Source: Saprospiraceae bacterium
Lineage (GTDB): Bacteria > Bacteroidota > Bacteroidia > Chitinophagales > Saprospiraceae
Assembly: GCA_020631405.1 (NCBI GenBank)
Contig: JAHDHH010000034.1
Coordinates: 1 to 45,821, forward strand
Direction of reading: 5' to 3'
DNA length: 45,821 nt
The notes under the pieces were generated by a model. It worked only from the letters and a program-made list of their open reading frames with translations, was not told the origin of the DNA and made no database searches. Shown here in pieces: positions 37,840 through 45,821 of this stretch (position 1 is its first letter; each line of letters starts with the position of its first letter). The position numbers were made by a program, and so were the translations under genes.

Positions 37840-40269
37840 CTATTTGAACAAGGCTACCTTCATTTTTTCGATTCTATCTTCGAGAGTTTCTGTACTTAGT
37901 CTCTCACGACTTAGACGATCTACGATGATGGGGAAGGCAAATGGAGTGGCTTGACTAGGTCGCACCACGACAAATGTCTGCTCACGGATCCTATCCAAAG
38001 CGACTCTCAGTCTACCTTCTTCTAATTGAAATGCCAAGACTTCTTCATAGGTCTGTTTGTAGAGGATATTGTCAGGATCGTAGTCTTTGAATACACCAAA
38101 CAAGAGTTGAGCCGAGCTCTGCAAGTGTCTTTGTTTTTTGATTTTTCCTGGGTATCCGCCAAATATTAGTCCAGATATCCTGGCTATATCCCTGAAGCGA
38201 CGCTTACACATTTCGACAGCATTGATGCTTGCTTGGATATCACCCACTAAATGATCAGTACTAAACAACTCAGGTGTCAGTATAGTCTCAATGTCAAAGT
38301 CTTTGTCAGATAAGAGCTCTAGACCATAGTCATTCATCCCGATATTGATAGTCATTGGTTTGAGTCGGGAGATTCTATTGGCCAATAAGGCCCCAAGTCC
38401 TTCATGTACATTCCTCCCCTCGAAGGGATAGAGCAACAGATGAAAACCGTCCTTCGATTCAAAATATTCAATCAATAGCTCATCTTTAGTCGGAATATGT
38501 GATCGCTCTGCTTGAGTTTCGAAGAGAGGTAGGAGCTTTTGCATTTCTGGGTCATCAGCTATCCCATATGTGATATCATATATCTTATCCCGCAGCTCAG
38601 CTGACATCTCTGAGCTCAGCGACATCCTGCCTCCCATATAGGACGGTATCCTAGCATTTTTCTTTTTTGACTTTTTGACTTGAGCTATCATGTCCTTGAA
38701 CCTAACAAGCTCGAGAGGTTGTCCAGCAAACCAAAATGCATCACCTGGGGTAAGTTGAGAGATAAAATACTCCTCAATAGATCCAACATACTTTCCACTG
38801 ACAAATTTGATCTTGATCATCCCTTCGCTGATAATAGTACCAATGGACATCCTATGCCGCATAGCTACCCGCCTATTAGTCACTCGATAGATCCCATCCT
38901 TGTCTATTTCGATTTTTTGGTACTCTTCATATGCTTGGAGTGACTTACTCCCATGTACCAAGAACTCTAGCAACTCATACCATTCTTGGCGAGACATACT
39001 ATTGAAGCAATAGGTATTCATCACTTCTTCGTGAATCTGGGTTGGATCCATCCCATCCGAAACAGCTAGAGTCATCAAATATTGAATCAAGACATCAAAA
39101 GACCTGATGTACGGTATCCTACTCTCTAGGTTGGAGACTGCTACTGCATGCTTGAGTCCTGCAGCTTCTACTAATTCTAGCGAATGCGTTGGTACAAAGT
39201 AAATCTTGCTTGTCTGACCTGGCTTATGTCCACTCCTCCCGGCTCTCTGTACAAACCTAGCCACTCCCTTAGGACTACCAATCTGGACTATGGCCTCCAC
39301 TGGTCTGAAGTCAACTCCGAGGTCAAGGCTGCTTGTACAGACTACAGCACGGATATTACCATGGTACAGGGCATCCTCCACCCAATCTCTGACCTCTCTG
39401 CTCAATGAGCCGTGATGTACTGCAATCAATCCGCTGAGTTCTGGGTCTTCATCCAAGAGTTTTTGATACCAAATCTCGCATTGTGCCCGAGTATTCGTAA
39501 AGATTAAGGTGGTCTTGTGTTTGTAAATAATGGGGACCACTTGTTGTAAGAGTCTGATCCCAAGGTGACCAGCCCATGGAAATTTTTCGATTTCTTCTGG
39601 CATCAGGGTCTCAACTATGATCTCTTTTTTGATATCTGCTTTGACGAACACCCACTGCTCAGGCTTCTCGATGCCTAGTAAGACATCAACTGCCTCTTCC
39701 ATATTACCAATAGTTGCTGAGATTCCCCATACCTTGACCAAGGGACATAGACCTTTCATTCTTGAAATGAAGAGCTCTGTCTGAACTCCCCGTTTTGAGC
39801 CAATGAGTTCGTGCCACTCATCTACTACTATGCATTCTAGCCTTTTAAAGTACTTAGTGTATCCCTTGGCAGCCATCAACACATGGAGACTTTCTGGAGT
39901 AGTGATTAAGATTGTCGGGGGCTTATCCTTTTGCTTCTTGCGTTGACTTTGACTGGTATCTCCACTGCGGATCTCAACAGTAATATCTAAACCCAAAGCC
40001 TCGATTGCACGTTGACAGGAGCCTTCTATTTCTTTAGTTAGGGCTCTGATTGGCGATATCCAGATGACTTTGATCCCGCTACCTTTAGATTGACTTGCCT
40101 GAAGCATAGCAGGGAGCAAGAGACTATATGTCTTACCACTTCCCGTAGGAGCATTGACTAGACCACTATAGCCATCTGCATATGCCTGCCATGTTTGGGT
40201 CTGAAATGGAAATGGCTTCCACTTCATTGACTTAAAGTACTTGCTTAGCGTTGAGACTGTTTCTTTCAT
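37840..40269 (-). CDS. Lhr-like DEXH-box helicase (ligase-associated DNA-damage-response helicase type)
   Basis: 809 aa. The N-terminus is WKPFPFQTQTWQAYADGYSGLVNAPTGSGKTYSLLLPAM (Walker A). It has a DEWHEL (DExH) motif, helicase motifs III-VI (…QRAGRSGH…) and a ~350-aa C-terminal DEAD-associated extension typical of Lhr-core proteins. Confidence 0.85.
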   Translation of the reverse strand: MKETVSTLSKYFKSMKWKPFPFQTQTWQAYADGYSGLVNAPTGSGKTYSLLLPAMLQASQSKGSGIKVIWISPIRALTKEIEGSCQRAIEALGLDITVEIRSGDTSQSQRKKQKDKPPTILITTPESLHVLMAAKGYTKYFKRLECIVVDEWHELIGSKRGVQTELFISRMKGLCPLVKVWGISATIGNMEEAVDVLLGIEKPEQWVFVKADIKKEIIVETLMPEEIEKFPWAGHLGIRLLQQVVPIIYKHKTTLIFTNTRAQCEIWYQKLLDEDPELSGLIAVHHGSLSREVRDWVEDALYHGNIRAVVCTSSLDLGVDFRPVEAIVQIGSPKGVARFVQRAGRSGHKPGQTSKIYFVPTHSLELVEAAGLKHAVAVSNLESRIPYIRSFDVLIQYLMTLAVSDGMDPTQIHEEVMNTYCFNSMSRQEWYELLEFLVHGSKSLQAYEEYQKIEIDKDGIYRVTNRRVAMRHRMSIGTIISEGMIKIKFVSGKYVGSIEEYFISQLTPGDAFWFAGQPLELVRFKDMIAQVKKSKKKNARIPSYMGGRMSLSSEMSAELRDKIYDITYGIADDPEMQKLLPLFETQAERSHIPTKDELLIEYFESKDGFHLLLYPFEGRNVHEGLGALLANRISRLKPMTINIGMNDYGLELLSDKDFDIETILTPELFSTDHLVGDIQASINAVEMCKRRFRDIARISGLIFGGYPGKIKKQRHLQSSAQLLFGVFKDYDPDNILYKQTYEEVLAFQLEEGRLRVALDRIREQTFVVVRPSQATPFAFPIIVDRLSRERLSTETLEDRIEKMKVALFK

Positions 40270-40416
40270 GTATCTGGCGATACGAAGATAGGACTCAAGC
40301 TAGCTATTACATGAATAGATCTAGACAAAGTTATTGACATATCTTAGTATGTCGTCGACGAGGTGCTATACACCTAACTTAAGTATCTGGATTGCAACTC
40401 TGTACATGATAGCCAA

Positions 40417-40455
40417 TAAAAAAGGGCTTTCTAGGAATCCCAGAAAGCCCATCGT
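40417..40455 (-). terminator. Rho-independent terminator downstream of gene 40527..41090
   Basis: An A7 run followed by a 9-bp perfect stem gggctttct / agaaagccc with a ~10-nt loop. On the minus strand it reads as hairpin followed by TTTTTT. Confidence 0.6.
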
Positions 40456-40526
40456 ATTCATTTTTCTTCTACACTATTATCAAGGAGAAATGAATCCAAT
40501 TATAAAAACTATCTAAACTATGCTTT

Positions 40527-41090
40527 TTATATTCTAAATGTCTTGTAGACTACGTGCTCACCTACAACCATCTTGAATGTATACTCTCCATTGGGTAAGG
40601 CACTGATATCGTATACCTTGCTCAGTGTTGAGTTGTTTTCATATACTTTTTGGAATACTTCAGTTTCGTCTAACATAATTACGGCCGTAACAGCACGTCC
40701 TAATGAAAGGATATTGAATGATAATCTATCCTGTGTGATAGCAATCTGTGGCTTATAAGTAATATCCTTACTTGCAACAATAGCTCTATCGTCAGAAAGT
40801 CTAATATCTAAGTCTGTTATTGTTTGCCCATCTTCCACTTCTAAATCATAATTCCCTGAAGGCAAGTTACTTAAGTTCAATATCTTTCCTTTTTCTACTT
40901 GTGGGTCTATCTGAAGTGAGTATAATACTACACCTTCATCATCCTTCAATCTTACGAATACTTCTTCAGTATTAGTTTTTTCAAAAGCAATTCTGATTGA
41001 TTTGTTACTTGTCCCAGTTACTACAGGCTCGATTCCAGCTTGTAATAGTGCTACACTTAGCATAAAGATGGTCAATAATGAATTTTTCAT
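40527..41090 (-). CDS. Small secreted protein with two tandem CTD-like beta-sandwich repeats
   Basis: It has a signal peptide (MKNSLLTIFMLSVALLQA). An internal duplication is visible: TEEVFVRLKDDEGVVLYS…LSNLPSGNYDLEVEDGQTITDLDIRL versus ETEVFQKVYENNSTLSKVYDISALPNGEYTFKMVVGEHVVYKTFRI. The second copy resembles a T9SS CTD ending. Confidence 0.5.
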   Translation of the reverse strand: MKNSLLTIFMLSVALLQAGIEPVVTGTSNKSIRIAFEKTNTEEVFVRLKDDEGVVLYSLQIDPQVEKGKILNLSNLPSGNYDLEVEDGQTITDLDIRLSDDRAIVASKDITYKPQIAITQDRLSFNILSLGRAVTAVIMLDETEVFQKVYENNSTLSKVYDISALPNGEYTFKMVVGEHVVYKTFRI

Positions 41091-41318
41091 AACGAATATT
41101 TTATTGGGTTTTTATTATATCACAAAGTTATACTAGGATGAGAGGCTGTGTATACAGTAGAATTGGTAACAATTGATACTATTTTGCTTTTAAGGGTTAA
41201 TATATCACCGCCTTGGGTTAAATTATCATTAACAAGCATTTTGCAACCAAATTATCTATGGCATTGTTACTATTTTTGTATTGTAGAATTTCTAAATATC
41301 TCCCATAAAGAAAGAGTT

Positions 41319-42203
41319 ATGATTACAGTGAATCAACAGCCTACTTTAAAAAAAGTAGAACCGGCATTTGGCAGTAGTATAGTCTTGAGAAACTTCTCTG
41401 AGAATGCTCCTTCCGAAGGAATTGGGTGGCACTTTCACCCTGAGATAGAGCTAGTCTATATAGAAGAAGGAGAAGGCAAGCGCCACATCGGCAATCATAT
41501 GTCCAATTATGACAATGGGGATTTGCTAGTCATTGGATCCAATGTACCTCACTATGGATTCAAGTCATACACAAAGGAAGAGGGCAAAGAAATAGTGCTC
41601 CAAGTACATGAGTCTTGTTTTGGAGTTGGTTTTTTGGATATGGTGGAGTTATCCTCTATCAAGAAACTATTCTCCCAAGCACAATTGGGTCTATCTTTTC
41701 ACAGTGATACAAAACGAGAAGTAGGTCGAAGACTCAAGGAGATGTTCTACATGTCCTCATTCGAACGGATCATAGAGTTGATTAAGATTTTTCATATACT
41801 CTCTTTGTCTGATCAGTACAATAGCCTAGATGCGAAAGGAAAATCTCTAATTGTAAACAAGTCTGATTTTAATAGAATAGAAGTCATCTACGATCACGTT
41901 AGAAAGCATTTTGCAGAAGCCATCCACCTTGATGAAGTCTCTAGCTCTATCAATATGACTACTCCAGCATTTTGTAGATTCTTTAAGCGATCGACAGGAA
42001 AGACATTCGTCCAATTTCTCAATGAATTCAGAATAGCCCATGCTTGCAACTTGATTGCCAAGGATGAACAAAGCATATCCAACATTGCCTTTGACTGTGG
42101 ATTTAATAATATCTCAAACTTCAATAGAGCTTTTAAAAAAATCACGAATAGGAATCCATCTGACTATAAGCGAGACCTGAATAAGGTGTATGTGGATAAG
42201 TGA
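41319..42203 (+). CDS. AraC-family transcriptional regulator with N-terminal cupin-like sensor domain
   Basis: The C-terminus has tandem AraC HTHs (…AFDCGFNNISNFNRAFKKITNRNPSDYKR) and the N-terminus has a cupin-like segment (GWHFHPEIELVYIEEGEG). The start is set at ATG 41319. The track ORF extends upstream to 41148. Confidence 0.8.
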   Translation: MITVNQQPTLKKVEPAFGSSIVLRNFSENAPSEGIGWHFHPEIELVYIEEGEGKRHIGNHMSNYDNGDLLVIGSNVPHYGFKSYTKEEGKEIVLQVHESCFGVGFLDMVELSSIKKLFSQAQLGLSFHSDTKREVGRRLKEMFYMSSFERIIELIKIFHILSLSDQYNSLDAKGKSLIVNKSDFNRIEVIYDHVRKHFAEAIHLDEVSSSINMTTPAFCRFFKRSTGKTFVQFLNEFRIAHACNLIAKDEQSISNIAFDCGFNNISNFNRAFKKITNRNPSDYKRDLNKVYVDK

Positions 42204-42259
42204 TTTTCGTTTTGGTTGGATTTCATCTCTGTCTTTGGCTTTTGACAGAAAGGGTATGG

Positions 42260-42420
42260 AGAACTCCTTGGTTTCATTTGAAGGAGATTCCTCCATGCGT
42301 TTCACTTAGTCGGAATGGAAAAGAGTATCCATGTACCCCTCTCTTTTAAGAGAGGGAAGGAAAAATTGAAAATTTTTCAGGGAGAGTTGATCTTCACAAC
42401 CCGAATCTCGAACCGACTAG
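42260..42420 (-). repeat. Copy 1 of a conserved ~135-bp intergenic repeat family, plus a ~25-nt degenerate remnant of a CTD-gene 3' end
   Basis: It is ~90% identical by eye to 44041..44175. It contains the hairpin ccctctc-ttttaa-gagaggg and the atgga…tccat element. Its 3' extension, cacaacccgaatctcgaaccgact, aligns with the last codons of gene 44158..45687. Confidence 0.8.
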
Positions 42421-42443
42421 AATGCTAAGTCTAATGACCCACA

Positions 42444-43949
42444 TCAGTGGCACACCACGAATCCAATAGATTCCACACTACCAGCTTCATCATTAATCAA
42501 TAGATAATATGTCCCTTCTGGATAACCGCTCACATCATGCAAGGTATAGTGGCTAGCATAACTATTCTCAAAAGCATGTAACAATCTTCCAGACTCGTCT
42601 ACAATCTGGTAATGTAATTGCTCAGGTTCTGCTTGATAGAGAGTAAGGATGTCTGATACTGGATTAGGAAATATGGAGACGCTAAAATCCGTAGATAACA
42701 ACTCTTCAGTATCACTCGGTGGCGAAATGTAGCCGTCTTCGTCTGTTTTGATGAGTAAAACACGGCGTCTAGCCACAGTATCTGGAGTAGAGTCAGCACT
42801 TCCATAAGATTGGCTTCCAATGCCGACATACCCACCATCTGAAGTAGGCTCTAAATCATCGATTGAATTTGAGGCATTAAACGTCGTTGCATAGGCATAC
42901 GATCGCATCCAAAGGCTATCTCCTGCGTGACTGACCTTGCCAATGATCGCTGTCTGATGCCAAATACTGTCATGTACATAGACCGATCCTCCTACAATAT
43001 AACCATCACCATCATTAGCAATATGAATATTATTCAAAGAATTATATCCAGATCCACTCTCAAGTCTATAACCAAATGGAATATCCCATATTACCCCTTC
43101 GCTTTTACTAATTTTCATGACTCTTGGCTCATCCCCTTGCCCTTGTACAAACGTGGAATAAAAGAAAGTGGCGATAAATTCCTCCCCATTCTCCAAAGGC
43201 AATATTGCTTTAACGTGATAATTGTCATAAGTATCAGGCAAATCATATTCCCAGAGCAAGTCACCATCTAAACTATATTCTTCAAAAAAAGGCTTACGCA
43301 AGATCAATCCTGGCTCGTCTTCCTGTACTACTCCACCAACTATTAGGGTGTTATTATGAGTATCTACTATCTTAATATTTACTAAGTTGTAGTCTGAAGA
43401 TGGTTCTATAGTTATAAAATTCCTTAGAATTTGGTTATCAAACACCCCGATTCCACCTGTATAAGGCTCATTGTAATCATTGTATAAAGCCGCAAAAGTT
43501 GTGTCATTTAACTGAGTGAAGCTCGGCATCGATACTACTAAATCTTCTGGGTTCATCTCATCGTAGGAACAAACTATCTCACCTGTTTTAGGGTTGTAAA
43601 TGAGCCAGTACTCCTTTGAGTTAGAACCTGTACTGTAAGCTATAATGTTATCACCAGATCTAAATAGATCATTATGAAAATCATTATGCATAAATATGCT
43701 ATCACTACAAATATCATTTCTCAACACATCTCCCTCTTTATTGAACATAGTAAAGCACATCTTATAGAATGTCCAACCTTGATCATTAATAAAACAATTG
43801 GATAATCCAATTAAGGTATCTTGATTATACTCAATAATGCACTGACCATAGGATAGGTCTGTGCCAGGATCAATCGACTTCATGAAGCCTTCTTGTGTTA
43901 TGCCTAACTGGCACGAAAACATTAATAGGATAGTTATTCTAAGTTTCAT
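42444..43949 (-). CDS. Secreted beta-propeller-like protein with T9SS C-terminal sorting domain
   Basis: It has a signal peptide from ATG 43949 (MKLRITILLMFSCQLGITQ). The C-terminal CTD is SVSIFPNPVSDILTLYQ…GTYYLLINDEAGSVESIGFVVCH. The track ORF begins at TTG 43985. Confidence 0.72.
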   Translation of the reverse strand: MKLRITILLMFSCQLGITQEGFMKSIDPGTDLSYGQCIIEYNQDTLIGLSNCFINDQGWTFYKMCFTMFNKEGDVLRNDICSDSIFMHNDFHNDLFRSGDNIIAYSTGSNSKEYWLIYNPKTGEIVCSYDEMNPEDLVVSMPSFTQLNDTTFAALYNDYNEPYTGGIGVFDNQILRNFITIEPSSDYNLVNIKIVDTHNNTLIVGGVVQEDEPGLILRKPFFEEYSLDGDLLWEYDLPDTYDNYHVKAILPLENGEEFIATFFYSTFVQGQGDEPRVMKISKSEGVIWDIPFGYRLESGSGYNSLNNIHIANDGDGYIVGGSVYVHDSIWHQTAIIGKVSHAGDSLWMRSYAYATTFNASNSIDDLEPTSDGGYVGIGSQSYGSADSTPDTVARRRVLLIKTDEDGYISPPSDTEELLSTDFSVSIFPNPVSDILTLYQAEPEQLHYQIVDESGRLLHAFENSYASHYTLHDVSGYPEGTYYLLINDEAGSVESIGFVVCH

Positions 43950-44040
43950 GATACTTACATTCTCATAATTAATGGAAAGATACAAAGAATGTATATTAGC
44001 TTTTTATCGCATTTTCACACTTATTACAACAGAGATCTAA

Positions 44041-44175
44041 GGAAACTCCTTGGTTTATATGAAGAAGATTCCTCCATGCTTTTCACTTAGTCGAAATGGA
44101 AAAGAGTATCCATGTATCCCTCTCTTTTAAGAGAGGGAAGGAAAAATTGAAAATTTTTCAGGGAGAGTTGATCTT
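44041..44175 (-). repeat. Copy 2 of the intergenic repeat; its last 18 nt form the stop codon and final 5 codons (KINSP*) of gene 44158..45687
   Basis: This is a direct comparison with copies 1 and 3. The conserved core is aactccttggttt…agattcctccatgc.tttcacttagtcg.aatggaaaagagtatccatgta.ccctctcttttaagagagggaaggaaaaattgaaaatttttcagggagagttgatctt. Confidence 0.8.
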
Positions 44176-45687
44176 AACAACCCGACTAACAAACCGCTTG
44201 CTCTTACTAACCACTTCAATGATATAAATACCCGCCTCGTAATCTCCAAGCGACACTTGCTGACTTCCAGCATAGTCAAACTCTCGTTCATAGATCACTT
44301 GACCACTCATAGACTTGACATAGAGTCTACCGCCACGGAGGTCATCAGGGAATGCAATAGATATTAGATCACTAGTTGGATTTGGAAAAATATCCAGATC
44401 ATGAATGACCTCCACAGGGATGTCAAAGACACTTGTAATGGTCGGATCACAGACCTCATCTTCATCAAATCGAAACACAGGAAAGTTAGGAATTGATGCT
44501 GTACCATTATGTATAGGCAGTTCAAATCCATGTTGCACAAAGTTACAATCAAGGCCTTTCTCATTTGGATTATTAATCACATGGTAAGAAGATACACCAT
44601 TGGTACTAGTCATATAGATACGACAATCTGGACCAAGCTGCATCCAAGTAAAGTTAGTTGGAAATGGATCAAGAAAACCATCATACTCATCAATGAACAT
44701 AAAGCCGTCCTCTAGGTTATCCTCCCAGAGGTCTAGCTGATGGAGCTTGTCATGGGATGAAATGTAGATGAATCTGCTATTTGGCGAGAAGGCCATGCCT
44801 GAGTATGTCTTTTGAAGGTTATAGGGTAATGTAGAAAAATGACGATAGTTAGAAAATATTCCCGTTGCTCTATCAAAGTCAAAAAGGTCTAATCCTGTAC
44901 GAGCATCATACTTTGCATAGAGTTCTCCACAAGGAGAGAAGGAAGCTTGTCCTTCTGAACTATTGAATTTTTTAAGCGCTTCTGGATTCTCATAATCCTC
45001 TTCCCTTATTAAGTTAATTCCATCTTCATCCAAATAGTAGATCATTCTCAATCCGCCATCCTCTTCAATGAGATAGTCAATAGCCCACCAATCTTTACCA
45101 TTTTCATGTAAAATAGATTCTAAATTTCCCGAGAATAGATAATTTTCAGTACCAACAACTAGACTTTTATCGAGTACGTCAATGTAATTGTCATTTGAAT
45201 AAATTCTCGAAGCCCTCAAAGTTGGAAACAGACTAGTAAAATTTCCTTGAAAATCTGCAAGTATGCGTTCTTTTTGTAGATAATAGTAGTGCTGCTCACT
45301 ATCTGGATCAGGCAATATTGTACTATTCTGAATACTAGGATAAACACCAAACCAACAATATTCATCATAAATATAACCAGGTATAAGGGTATCCCCGTTC
45401 ATCACTATGCCACCAAGCGTATCCATAATCTCACACCCATTAGTAAAAAACTGCAACTCACCTTCTCGATTACTGATCACAGCATTGCCATCATGAACTC
45501 TATTATAAGCAGCTATTTCCCTTAATGACCTTTTGCCTCCATTGAAGTCTATAATGTAGGCATCTATCCCTGGTATCCCATTTGAATTACTTGCGATCAC
45601 CCAATTGTAGTCATACTTCAGTTGGCCATTCAAGTATAATGGACATAGGAAGTAAAAGGCAATAAAAAACTGGAGAAGTAGTCTCAT
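44158..45687 (-). CDS. Secreted beta-propeller-like protein with T9SS C-terminal sorting domain
   Basis: It has a signal peptide (MRLLLQFFIAFYFLCPLYLNGQ). The CTD is DLDIFPNPTSDLISIAFPDD…AGIYIIEVVSKSKRFVSRVVKINSP. ATG at 45687. Confidence 0.75.
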   Translation of the reverse strand: MRLLLQFFIAFYFLCPLYLNGQLKYDYNWVIASNSNGIPGIDAYIIDFNGGKRSLREIAAYNRVHDGNAVISNREGELQFFTNGCEIMDTLGGIVMNGDTLIPGYIYDEYCWFGVYPSIQNSTILPDPDSEQHYYYLQKERILADFQGNFTSLFPTLRASRIYSNDNYIDVLDKSLVVGTENYLFSGNLESILHENGKDWWAIDYLIEEDGGLRMIYYLDEDGINLIREEDYENPEALKKFNSSEGQASFSPCGELYAKYDARTGLDLFDFDRATGIFSNYRHFSTLPYNLQKTYSGMAFSPNSRFIYISSHDKLHQLDLWEDNLEDGFMFIDEYDGFLDPFPTNFTWMQLGPDCRIYMTSTNGVSSYHVINNPNEKGLDCNFVQHGFELPIHNGTASIPNFPVFRFDEDEVCDPTITSVFDIPVEVIHDLDIFPNPTSDLISIAFPDDLRGGRLYVKSMSGQVIYEREFDYAGSQQVSLGDYEAGIYIIEVVSKSKRFVSRVVKINSP

Positions 45688-45743
45688 AATTAGTTTCTAA
45701 GATACAAAGAATTCGTACTTACAGCCCGAATAACATTTATCGA

Positions 45744-45821
45744 AATTCTTGGTTTCCTTTAAAGGAGATTCCTCCATGCCTTTCACTTAGTCGAAATGGA
45801 AAAGAGTATCCATGTATCCCT
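45744..45821 (-). repeat. Copy 3 of the intergenic repeat (5' portion only, truncated by the window end)
   Basis: aaattcttggtttcctttaaaggagattcctccatgcctttcacttagtcgaaatggaaaagagtatccatgtatccct matches copies 1 and 2 base for base apart from the variable ~15-nt segment. Confidence 0.8.

Noticed and set aside
42114-42305. 63-aa minus-strand ORF and the MEES… mini-ORFs starting inside each repeat copy
   Set aside because: The three copies differ by a 1-nt indel right after the shared start. The downstream peptides are therefore unrelated (MEESPSNETKEF…, MEESSSYKPRSF…, MEESPLKETKNF…). The conservation is at the nucleotide level and not in a reading frame.
42260-45821. Integron attC (VCR-like) interpretation of the repeat
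   Set aside because: The gene-repeat-gene-repeat layout with ~90% identical 3' sites resembles a chromosomal cassette array. I could not find the R''/R' core sites (RYYYAAC … GTTRRRY) or an extended imperfect palindrome spanning the element, and there is no intI in the window. I kept it only as an analogy in the findings.

Overview
This is an AT-rich Bacteroidota-type chromosomal segment. It carries a PorP/SprF type IX secretion (T9SS) gene, several T9SS C-terminal-domain (CTD) cargo genes and a GSCFA gene, and no tRNA, rRNA or CRISPR is visible. About 37 protein-coding genes are dense housekeeping loci: ahcY, rnhB, gcvT, ftsH, birA, cinA, rsfS and a 2-oxo-acid dehydrogenase E2. Others include an oxyanion-related cluster (chromate transporter, Na/Pi cotransporter, porin, AS3MT-like arsenite methyltransferase), a flotillin/NfeD pair, a GH3/GT4 pair, an Lhr-like DEXH helicase and an AraC regulator. 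The most unusual structure is in the last ~3.6 kb. A conserved ~135-150 bp non-coding repeat occurs three times, the third copy cut by the window end. Each copy lies directly 3' of a same-strand secreted T9SS-cargo gene. One copy supplies the stop codon and last six codons of its gene. Another carries a decayed remnant of a paralogous CTD tail behind a different gene. This looks like a cassette-style array of T9SS substrates on a shared 3' module. Secondary observations are an orphaned atp-operon leader module (bactofilin, AtpZ, membrane protein) with no ATP synthase genes, structured inverted repeats in the porin leader, and several intrinsic terminators. Coordinates of non-ORF features are by eye and may be off by a few nucleotides. 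In at least one place (around 33720) the sequence as I read it disagrees by one base with the ORF track.
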